From NCBI GenBank assembly GCA_963668025.2, contig CAXXTH010000006.1:54179-118178 (forward strand): DNA of 64,000 nt, written 5' to 3'. The stretch's first letter is position 1, and each line of letters begins with the position of its first letter. The position numbers and the translations under genes are program-made. The DNA is from Candidatus Hydrogenedentota bacterium. Lineage in GTDB: Bacteria > Hydrogenedentota > Hydrogenedentia > Hydrogenedentales > SLHB01. The notes beneath the pieces are model-generated. The model saw nothing but the letters and a program-made list of their open reading frames with translations. It was not told the DNA's origin and ran no database searches. Below are positions 1-7,798 of this stretch, in pieces.

Positions 1-456
1 TCCTTCAAAATGAGGAATTATTCCGATTTCGTCCCTACTGCAATACGGCGCTGTGGCATGCGAATCTTCGTGGTTCCCTCCGGCGTCCGCCCCCCGAGCC
101 CAAGAAATGAGCCCGCAATCGATGCTTTGTTGAACGACCACTCGGGAGAGCGCAAGTGGCCCTTTGGAAACGCAGAACCGCCGGATTACATACGCGAGCG
201 CAAGATCCTCGAAGATGGAGAAACAGAGAACATACGCTGTTTGGATGTGGCTTCCTTCTGCAACGTCGATGATGTCGAGTTATATATAACTCTAGATGAG
301 CACGCAAAAATAAACGCCGGTGTTTCCAGGTTGAAAAGCGGGAAGTCCGACGTTTTCTCCGTCCGTGATGAGGGACTCGAAGGCCAGCCTTATCGGCGCA
401 GGCGGCTGACCGTCATACGCTGCGAAGGGGAGCTGCCCTCCTGGGCCATCACCTGA
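1..456 (+). CDS. Hypothetical protein, possibly 5'-partial
   Basis: Frame is open from base 1 to TGA at 454-456. No family recognised. Confidence 0.5.
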   Translation, partial: SFKMRNYSDFVPTAIRRCGMRIFVVPSGVRPPSPRNEPAIDALLNDHSGERKWPFGNAEPPDYIRERKILEDGETENIRCLDVASFCNVDDVELYITLDEHAKINAGVSRLKSGKSDVFSVRDEGLEGQPYRRRRLTVIRCEGELPSWAIT

Positions 457-559
457 CTGCGGCCGCCATTGGCAAGGCTATCACATTTGAAACAAGAGGT
501 GCAGGAGACACGCAATGATCCCAAATCGCCGGACAAGAGAGAAAAAGTTGCGCACTCCG

Positions 560-609
560 CGTAGCATGGGCGTCCCGCCCATGCGCATGGCCGGGACGGC
601 CATGCCACG
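560..609 (-). repeat. GTAG-type REP doublet, single copy, reversed relative to the 5275-5819 array
   Basis: CGTAGCATGGGCGTCCCGCCCATGCGCATGGCCGGGACGGCCATGCCACG is the reverse complement of the array unit and forms two hairpins. Confidence 0.85.
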
Positions 610-716
610 AGAATGGTCCTTTTACGAAAATGAAAAGGGCGGCGATATGCGGTCGAGGGGCGTTTCGCCGGTTGCATCTTCCGGCAATTTCATGCTACAT
701 TCCTTCCGGCTTCGGT

Positions 717-807
717 GGAGAGGTGACCGAGTGGCTGAAGGTGGCGCCCTGCTAAGGCGTTGTACGCCAAAAGTGTACCCCGGGTTCGAATCCCGGCCTC
801 TCCGCCA
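717..807 (+). tRNA. tRNA-Ser(GCT)
   Basis: GGAGAGG...CCTCTCC-GCCA acceptor stem, anticodon arm GCGCC-CT-GCT-AA-GGCGT, long variable arm, GGTTCGAATCC T-loop, encoded CCA. Confidence 0.97.
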
Positions 808-914
808 TATATGTATTTTCCCTGGAAACAGCTTGTTTCCAGGTTCTTTTTTTTATAACGATTCCCTTGACAGGCCGTAAAAGGCATGGCACAGTAAGGG
901 CACATCGGAAAGCT

Positions 915-990
915 GGCCGTGACTGGCGACGTAGCGTGGAGAAAAACCACGGGGAAGCGGCTGGCAAGGAAGTATGCCGTTCGCCTGGGC
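915..990 (+). ncRNA. ZMP/ZTP riboswitch (pfl motif)
   Basis: GGCCGTGACTGGCG...CGTGG-AGAAAAA-CCACG-GGGAAGCGGCT...GCCGTTCGCCTGGGC matches the pfl consensus (GUGACUGGCG, CCACnGGGGAGCG, GCCGnnCGCCUGGGC). It lies upstream of a one-carbon metabolism operon. Confidence 0.9.
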
Positions 991-1073
991 GCTGGAATGA
1001 ATGCCGCAAGTACGTGGATTCGTTCCAGAACTGCGCGAGGTTTATTGCTCGCGCTGGAAGGCCAGGAGGCGTT

Positions 1074-2147
1074 ATGCGGCGAACACCACTTCAAGGTGAG
1101 CACCTAGCTCGCGGCGGGAAACTGGTGGACTTTCACGGATGGGAGCTTCCGCTCCAGTTTGCCGGGATTGTGCAGGAACATCATCACACCCGTGCGAAGG
1201 TTTCCCTGTTCGATTGCTCGCACATGGGGGAAATCCTCGTGCGTGGCGCGGATGCGATTGCCAAGTACGACCGGCTAGTCATATCGGATGTGCGGGCCAT
1301 TAGGCCGGGCCGGGGCCGGTATGGCGCTATTTTGAACAGCGCGGGGAAGATCATCGACGATATCATCACCATTCGCCTGGGCGAAGATGAGGTCTTGGCT
1401 GTGACGAACGCGGGGCCTCTCGAACAGGTGGCCGCTTTGCTCACGCAAGAGAATCCGGGCGCGGCGGATATATCGGACGATACGGCGAAGATTGATGTGC
1501 AAGGCCCTGGCGCGTGTGCGGCGATGCTCCATGCAGGCATCCCGGAAGCGGAACGGTTGCGGTATTTTGAGGCTTGCAGAACCCAATGGCGGGGCCGGAG
1601 CATCATCCTCTCGCGGATGGGGTATACCGGCGAATTGGGATACGAATTGTATATCGATAATGATTTGGCGGCCCCGCTTTGGCGGGCATTGCTGGAATAC
1701 GAAGGGGTGGCGCCCGCTGGGCTTGGAGCCCGGGATACGCTGCGGCTCGAGATGGGCTATTCGCTCTCTGGCCAGGATATTGATGAAACGCACACGCCTC
1801 TCGAGGCGGGGCATGCGGGTTATGTCGCTTGGGATACGGAGTTTGTTGGGAAAGAGGCCCTGCTTGCCCAGCGTGAGGCGGGAGGGTATTCTGTACTCAC
1901 TCCGATTCGCACGCTTGACAGGCGGTCGCCGCGCCATGGCTTCGAGGTCTATGCGCCGGAGGAAGGTGCCATAGGCGGGATTACCAGCGGCACCTTTGGG
2001 CCAAGCGTTTGCCATGGCATCGGCTTGGCCTATTTGCCACAAAAATGGAGTGTTCCCGGGAACCGGCTTGCCGCCGGACCGCGGGGTTTAATCATTGAAA
2101 CAGCGGAATTGCCTTTTTACACCCACGGCACATGCAGGAATGGATGA
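1074..2147 (+). CDS. gcvT: Glycine cleavage system aminomethyltransferase T
   Basis: MRRTPL...DFHGWELPLQF, FDCSHMG, SRMGYTGELGYE, GLGARDTLRLEMG. GGAGG RBS precedes the ATG at 1074. Confidence 0.96.
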   Translation: MRRTPLQGEHLARGGKLVDFHGWELPLQFAGIVQEHHHTRAKVSLFDCSHMGEILVRGADAIAKYDRLVISDVRAIRPGRGRYGAILNSAGKIIDDIITIRLGEDEVLAVTNAGPLEQVAALLTQENPGAADISDDTAKIDVQGPGACAAMLHAGIPEAERLRYFEACRTQWRGRSIILSRMGYTGELGYELYIDNDLAAPLWRALLEYEGVAPAGLGARDTLRLEMGYSLSGQDIDETHTPLEAGHAGYVAWDTEFVGKEALLAQREAGGYSVLTPIRTLDRRSPRHGFEVYAPEEGAIGGITSGTFGPSVCHGIGLAYLPQKWSVPGNRLAAGPRGLIIETAELPFYTHGTCRNG

Positions 2148-2158
2148 GGAGGGAGGAT

Positions 2159-2545
2159 ATGTATCCAGATGATCTACTCTACACGGAAGACCACGAGTGG
2201 ATTCGCGACGATGGCGGCGAGTATGTCGTAGGCATCACCGCCTATGCCACGGAACAACTCGGCGATGTGACTTTCGTGGAGCTCCCCGAAGTCGGCACGG
2301 ACGCGGGCAAGGGTGAAGCGGTCGCCACGGTGGAATCCGTGAAGGCGGCCAGCGACATTTATGCCCCCGTATCGGGCCATATTTTCGAGGTGAACGACGC
2401 GCTCGAGGCGGAGCCGGAATTGGTGAATCAAGACCCCTATGGCCATGGCTGGTTCTTCAAGCTTGAAAAAGTGAAGGCCTCGGAAATGAAGAAACTCATG
2501 GCCGCGGACGCCTATGCCGCGTATGTGGAAGGGCAGAAAGAATGA
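2159..2545 (+). CDS. gcvH: Glycine cleavage system H protein
   Basis: YTEDHEW, VESVKAASD lipoyl-lysine motif, VNQDPYGHGW. GGAGG RBS. Confidence 0.97.
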   Translation: MYPDDLLYTEDHEWIRDDGGEYVVGITAYATEQLGDVTFVELPEVGTDAGKGEAVATVESVKAASDIYAPVSGHIFEVNDALEAEPELVNQDPYGHGWFFKLEKVKASEMKKLMAADAYAAYVEGQKE

Positions 2546-3837
2546 CCTGGGTCCCTACGACCCCTCGAGAGCAGGAAGAAATGCTTGCCGCTATCGGCGT
2601 CCGGCATATGGACGAGCTCTTCGAGGCGATACCTACCGGGCTCCGGGCGCCAGTAATGGATTTGCCGGGCTTGTCGGAGATGGCCGTGCGGCGGCATATG
2701 GCCAGCCTTGCCCAGTGTAATGATGCGGGGCTTGCCAGTTTTCTGGGCGGCGGGTATTACGACCATTTCATTCCTGCCGCAGTGGACGCCTTGAGCGGCC
2801 GGGGCGAGTTTTATACGGCATATACGCCCTATCAGCCGGAATGCGCCCAGGGCACGCTGCAAGCCATTTACGAATACCAGTCGGCTATTTGCCGGCTCAC
2901 GAACATGGAATTCGCCAATGCGTCGCTGTACGATGGCGGCACGGCGGTCTTTGAAGCAGCCGCCATGTCCGTGCGCATCACCCGGCGCAAACGCATTGTG
3001 TGCCACGAATCGCTCCATCCGTTCTACCGCCGCATGCTGGAAACGCACGCGGCCAATCTCGGCCTGGATATCATCACGGGCGGCGAGCCTGCGGACGCCG
3101 CATGTGTTATCGTGCAAAATCCGGCGTTTCTGGGCACGGTATGTGACTACACGGAACTCGCGGAGCGCTGCCATAACGCGGGAGCGCTATGTGTGGTGTC
3201 TTTTTATCCTACCTCGCTGGGGCTATTGAAAACGCCGGGCGATATGGGAGCGGATATCGCCGTGGCGGAAGGCCAGGGGCTTGGCATTCCGCTGGGATTT
3301 GGCGGACCGTATCTGGGCGTCATGGCGGTGCGCAAGGAACATGTGCGCAAAATGCCTGGGCGCATTGTCGCGGCGACCGCGGACGCCTCGGGGCGTACGG
3401 GCTATGTGCTTACCCTGCAAGCCCGCGAGCAGCACATTCGCCGGGAAAAGGCGATGTCCAACATTTGCTCGAACGAGGCCTTGTGTGCGTTGCGGGCGTT
3501 GATCTATCTGTGCCTGCTCGGCAAGGAAGGCTTGCGCGAAGTAGCTATCCATTGCCATTCGAAGGCCGAATACCTCAAGGCCGCCATAGCGCCTTTCGCC
3601 GCCGTGCTTAATGATGGACCCACATTCAACGAGTTCGCTGTGCGCCTTCCCAAAGATGCGGAAGCGGTAGTGCGCCAAATGGCCCAGCGGGGATTTGCTG
3701 CAGGGCTGCCGCTGGCGTCCATGGGTGCGGGAGAAGCGGGCGCTCTGCTTATCGCCGTGACGGAGAAGCGGACGCGGGAAGAGCTGGATCAATACGCCCA
3801 GGCGCTCCAGGAGGTTTGCGATGCCGTTGATTTTTGA
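2542..3837 (+). CDS. gcvPA: Glycine dehydrogenase subunit 1
   Basis: FLGGGYYDH, YTPYQPE, NASLYDG, LQAREQHIRREKAMSNICSN. Confidence 0.96.
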   Translation: MTWVPTTPREQEEMLAAIGVRHMDELFEAIPTGLRAPVMDLPGLSEMAVRRHMASLAQCNDAGLASFLGGGYYDHFIPAAVDALSGRGEFYTAYTPYQPECAQGTLQAIYEYQSAICRLTNMEFANASLYDGGTAVFEAAAMSVRITRRKRIVCHESLHPFYRRMLETHAANLGLDIITGGEPADAACVIVQNPAFLGTVCDYTELAERCHNAGALCVVSFYPTSLGLLKTPGDMGADIAVAEGQGLGIPLGFGGPYLGVMAVRKEHVRKMPGRIVAATADASGRTGYVLTLQAREQHIRREKAMSNICSNEALCALRALIYLCLLGKEGLREVAIHCHSKAEYLKAAIAPFAAVLNDGPTFNEFAVRLPKDAEAVVRQMAQRGFAAGLPLASMGAGEAGALLIAVTEKRTREELDQYAQALQEVCDAVDF

Positions 3838-5254
3838 GAAGTCCCGCCCGGGCCGCCGTGGTATTGTTCTGGATGCCTTGGATGTGCCGATGGCGGAGTT
3901 CCCCAAGGCGCTGGCGCGCCAGGAAGACGCCGCGCTGCCGGAAGTGAGCGAACTCGATGTGGTGCGCCATTTCTCGAATCTTTCCCGTCTGAATTTTGGC
4001 GTGGACACCCATTTCTATCCTCTCGGCTCATGCACGATGAAGTACAATCCGAAATTCGCCGAGGCGGTGGCGGCGGAGCCGAATTTCGCGCAGTTGCATC
4101 CCCACCTCAGCACATGCCCCGCGTATTGGCCGATGTGCCAAGGGGCCTTCGAACTGATTTATAGGACGGAATCCCTGCTGGCGGAGATCGCGGGCATGCG
4201 GGCCGCATGCCTTCAGCCCATTGCAGGCGCACATGGCGAATTAACGGGCGCGCTGCTGATCGCGGCCTACCATCGCGCGAAGGGCAATCAAAAAAACATC
4301 ATATTAATTCCTAACTCGGCCCACGGCACGAATCCCGCCAGTGCGGCCATCGCGGGCTTTGAAGTAAAGCAGGTGCCTTCCCGTGAAGATGGCACGCTTG
4401 ATGTAGAAGCCTTCAAAAAGGCGCTGGATGCATCCGTAGCGGGCGTCATGATGACCTGCCCGAACACGCATGGACTCTTCGAGCCTGCCGTGGCGGAGAT
4501 TGCCGCCATGGCCCACGCGGTGGACGCCCTCATGTATTACGATGGCGCGAATTTGAACGCCATTGTCGGGCGCTGCCGTCCGGGGGATTTGGGCTTCGAT
4601 GTGATGCACTACAATCTGCACAAAACCTTCGCCACGCCACATGGCATGGGAGGCCCTGGTTCGGGTCCGGTCGGCGTTGCGGAACGCTTGCTGCCCTATT
4701 TGCCTGGGCCGCGCGTCGTGAAAACAGACGAAGGCTTTGGCCTCGAATGGCCTGAAAAGAGCATAGGTAAGATCGCGGCATTCTTCGGAAACTTCATGAT
4801 CGCCTTGCGGGCCTATGCCTATATCCGGGCATTGGGCGCGGAAGGCTTGCGCGGCGTGTCAGGGAACGCGGTGCTCAACGCCAACTATATTCATACGCGC
4901 CTGAAGGATGCGTATGCGTCCGCTTTCAACGGCCGCTTCATGCATGAATGCGTTTTTTCGGCTACGCCTCAAGCCAAACGCGGCGCGAGAGCTCTCGATA
5001 TCGCGAAGGCCCTGCTCGACCAAGGTTTCCATGCGCCCACGATCTACTTCCCATTGACGGTGAAGGAAAGCATCATGATCGAGCCTACGGAAACGGAGTC
5101 GAAGGAGACCCTCGACGCCTTCTGCGACGCCATGCTCGAGATCGCCCGTCGCATCGAGGAAGAGGGTGAAAACTTCGCCAGCGCACCCGAGAAGACTCCT
5201 GTAGGCCGTCTGGATGAAGTGCGCGCTGCGAAGGAACTGAACTGCTCCTGCTGA
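3821..5254 (+). CDS. gcvPB: Glycine dehydrogenase subunit 2
   Basis: FYPLGSCTMKYNP, HGTNPASA, NLHKTFATPHGMGGPG (PLP lysine), MIEPTETES. Confidence 0.96.
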   Translation: MPLIFEKSRPGRRGIVLDALDVPMAEFPKALARQEDAALPEVSELDVVRHFSNLSRLNFGVDTHFYPLGSCTMKYNPKFAEAVAAEPNFAQLHPHLSTCPAYWPMCQGAFELIYRTESLLAEIAGMRAACLQPIAGAHGELTGALLIAAYHRAKGNQKNIILIPNSAHGTNPASAAIAGFEVKQVPSREDGTLDVEAFKKALDASVAGVMMTCPNTHGLFEPAVAEIAAMAHAVDALMYYDGANLNAIVGRCRPGDLGFDVMHYNLHKTFATPHGMGGPGSGPVGVAERLLPYLPGPRVVKTDEGFGLEWPEKSIGKIAAFFGNFMIALRAYAYIRALGAEGLRGVSGNAVLNANYIHTRLKDAYASAFNGRFMHECVFSATPQAKRGARALDIAKALLDQGFHAPTIYFPLTVKESIMIEPTETESKETLDAFCDAMLEIARRIEEEGENFASAPEKTPVGRLDEVRAAKELNCSC

Positions 5255-5274
5255 CAATGGCTGGAAATACTAGT

Positions 5275-5819
5275 CGTAGCATGGCCGTCCCGGCCATGCG
5301 CATGGGCGAGACGCCCATGCCACGAACGTTATGCAGTTGCGTCTTTTCCTGAGCAGGTGTAGAGTCTTTCCTAGAGCGGTGTAGGATTGTATGCCGCGAC
5401 GTGGCGTTCATCGCGTGGCATAGTTCCAAGTCTGTCCTAGCATGGCCGTCCCGGCCATGTGCATGGGCGGAGACGCCCATGCTACGAGCCAAAAGGTTGT
5501 TGCGTCTTTTCCTGAGTAGGCGTAGAGTCTTTTCTAGAGCGGTGTAGGATTGTATGCCGCGATGCAGCGCTCATCGCGTGGCATAGTTCCAAGTCTGTCG
5601 TAGCATGGCCGTCCGGGCCATGCGCATGGGCGAGACGCCCATGCTACGAGCCAAAAGGTTGTTGCGTCTTTTCCTGAGTTGGCGTAGAGTCTTGTCTAGA
5701 GCGGTGTAGGATTGTATACCGCGACGCGGCGCTCATCGCGTGGCATAGTTCCAAGTCAATTTTGACTGTTGTGGCATGGCCGTCCCGGCCATGTGCATGG
5801 GCGAGACGCCCATGCTACG
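5275..5819. repeat. BIME-like tandem array: four ~50-bp REP doublets separated by three near-identical ~110-120-bp linkers
   Basis: Units at 5275-5324, 5436-5486, 5599-5648 and 5770-5819. Linkers share TTGCGTCTTTTCCTGAG...CTAGAGCGGTGTAGGATTGTAT...TCGCGTGGCATAGTTCCAAGTC. Confidence 0.9.
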
Positions 5820-5887
5820 GGAGAGTAAAATACATTTGCTTTGTTGCCGCCAATCTTGAACCGCTCTAGAGACAGGGGAGGCTGGGC

Positions 5888-7195
5888 ATGCACAAGCTCA
5901 TGGTGCAATGGCTTTATGGCCAGTTGCCGGAATTGGTTCGCGGCGGGGTGCTCGATGAAGCGGCGGCGAGCCGCATTCGGGCACATTACGGGGACGTCTT
6001 TGGGCGGGCCAGCAAACCGGGCGCGTGGTTGCTGGCGGTGTTCGGCGTGATCGGAGGCGCGCTGATCGCCCTCGGAATTATCCTTCTGTTCGCGCATAAC
6101 TGGGATGAGCTGTCCCGGCCCGTCCGCGCGGTGGTTTCCTTCCTGCCATTGCTGGCGGGGCAAGCCCTCACCGCATGGACATTGGCCCGGCGCAAGGATT
6201 CGCTCGCGTTTCGTGAAGGTGCGGGGACGTTTTTAACGCTCGCCATCGGCGCATGCATCGCCCTCATCGCGCAAACCTACCAAATCCCTGGAAACCTGGC
6301 CAATTTCCTGTTCACCTGGACGATTCTGGCCTTGCCCATCGCGTATTTATTACAGGCAACCGTCCCGGCGATGCTGTATATGGCGGGCATTACAGCATGG
6401 GCCATCACGGAGCGGGTGGACCGGGGAAATGTCCATTTTTACTGGCTTTTATTGGTTCTGATACTACCCTATTTGTGGAGCGCTTTCCGCCATCGCCCCC
6501 AATCTCCTAGCAGCGTCTGGCTGGCATGGGGTGCAAGCATATGTGCATGCATCGTGATTCCTCCCCTGATGATAGTAAACGGCCTGCCAGGAATGGGGCT
6601 GCTGGCGTATTCGGCCATGCTGGGCGCTTTCTTCTTGAGCGGCGCCACGCTCGATCAAGACGCCGCCCGCTGGAAGCTGCCCTTTGCCGTCGTGGGCGTG
6701 GTGGGCACAGTCATTGTCATGCTGGTAATGACGTACACGAATGCTTGGGAGGAGATATGGTGCATATCTGATGGAGATTTATGGGATGTTTGGCCGAATA
6801 TCGTGCTCGTCGTGGCGCTATACATCTGTGTGGTGTTATTGTTGATTCGCCATTTCGTTGATATGTCCTTCGCTGTTCGGGCGTTCGGGGCATGCGCACC
6901 GTTGGCACTGGCAGGCTATTTAGTGGCGTTGGCATCGCATACTTCCGAGTTCTCCGCGTATACATTCAATGCATACATGCTGGCGCTGGCCATTGGGCTA
7001 ATGGTACAAGGAGCACGCACGGACCGGCTGGCGGTGCTGAATGGCGGCATGGGCATATTCGCCCTCTGGATTACGGCAAGGTTTTTCGATGCGGACCTAA
7101 GCTTTTTATGGCGCGGAATCCTGTTCATTGTTCTTGGTGCGGCCTTTTTGGCGGCGAATATGGTGATATTGTCGCGGCGCAGGAGGGCGTCCTGA
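5888..7195 (+). CDS. DUF2157-family multi-pass membrane protein
   Basis: N-terminal 'GGALIALGIILLFAHNWDEL', 'IALIAQTYQI', many transmembrane segments. Paired with a GDYXXLXY gene as is typical. Confidence 0.85.
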   Translation: MHKLMVQWLYGQLPELVRGGVLDEAAASRIRAHYGDVFGRASKPGAWLLAVFGVIGGALIALGIILLFAHNWDELSRPVRAVVSFLPLLAGQALTAWTLARRKDSLAFREGAGTFLTLAIGACIALIAQTYQIPGNLANFLFTWTILALPIAYLLQATVPAMLYMAGITAWAITERVDRGNVHFYWLLLVLILPYLWSAFRHRPQSPSSVWLAWGASICACIVIPPLMIVNGLPGMGLLAYSAMLGAFFLSGATLDQDAARWKLPFAVVGVVGTVIVMLVMTYTNAWEEIWCISDGDLWDVWPNIVLVVALYICVVLLLIRHFVDMSFAVRAFGACAPLALAGYLVALASHTSEFSAYTFNAYMLALAIGLMVQGARTDRLAVLNGGMGIFALWITARFFDADLSFLWRGILFIVLGAAFLAANMVILSRRRRAS

Positions 7196-7764
7196 TGCAG
7201 AAGATCATTATTTGGAGCGCATTCGGCCTTATGGCGGCAGCCCAGCTTTTCGTGCCCGCGAGCATGATCGCAGGGCATGAAATTGTTCTGCAGAATGGAA
7301 CGCTTTACCGTTTTAAGACTGCGCCAGTAGATCCCTATGATGCTTTTCGAGGGCGTTTTGTGAGCGTGCGCCTGGAAGGCTTGAGGGAGGTTGAAGCCAA
7401 AGATACCGCTTTCGAGCCCGGCGAAAAAGCTTGTGCGTATATTGGCGTCGACGAAGCTGGTTTTGGCTATATCACGCACGCGACTAAGCGTCCGGAAGAG
7501 CCAGGAGATTACCTATATGTAGAGATCATCCACACTTACGAGGGCAAGCTCGTCTTCAAAGACGTTATTGACCGGTATTACATGCCGGAGGATTTGGCCC
7601 CGGAAGCCGAGCGGGCATATCGGGAACACTCGCGCAACGGGGATGTCGAAAGACGGGACGCGTTTGTAACAGTGCGAGTGCGATCTGGCAAGGCGGTACT
7701 TGAAGACCTCTATGTGGCGGGAAAGCCTATCCGGGAATTTTTGAATACCCATCCCCCCAACTAA
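7195..7764 (+). CDS. GDYXXLXY-domain membrane-anchored protein
   Basis: 'FKTAPVDPYDAFRGRFVSV', 'DRYYMPE'. TGATG overlap with the upstream stop. Confidence 0.85.
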   Translation: MQKIIIWSAFGLMAAAQLFVPASMIAGHEIVLQNGTLYRFKTAPVDPYDAFRGRFVSVRLEGLREVEAKDTAFEPGEKACAYIGVDEAGFGYITHATKRPEEPGDYLYVEIIHTYEGKLVFKDVIDRYYMPEDLAPEAERAYREHSRNGDVERRDAFVTVRVRSGKAVLEDLYVAGKPIREFLNTHPPN

Positions 7765-7798
7765 AGGCCTAAATAAGGAATCCTGTATTTTCTAGTGC

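Noticed and set aside
860-1073. Glycine riboswitch upstream of gcvT
   Set aside because: No GGAGA...CCGAAG...CTCTCAGG tandem aptamers are present; the sequence fits the ZTP (pfl) motif instead.
5275-5819. CRISPR array
   Set aside because: The spacers are ~110-120 bp and near-identical to each other, the repeat occurs as dispersed solo REPs, and no cas genes are present.
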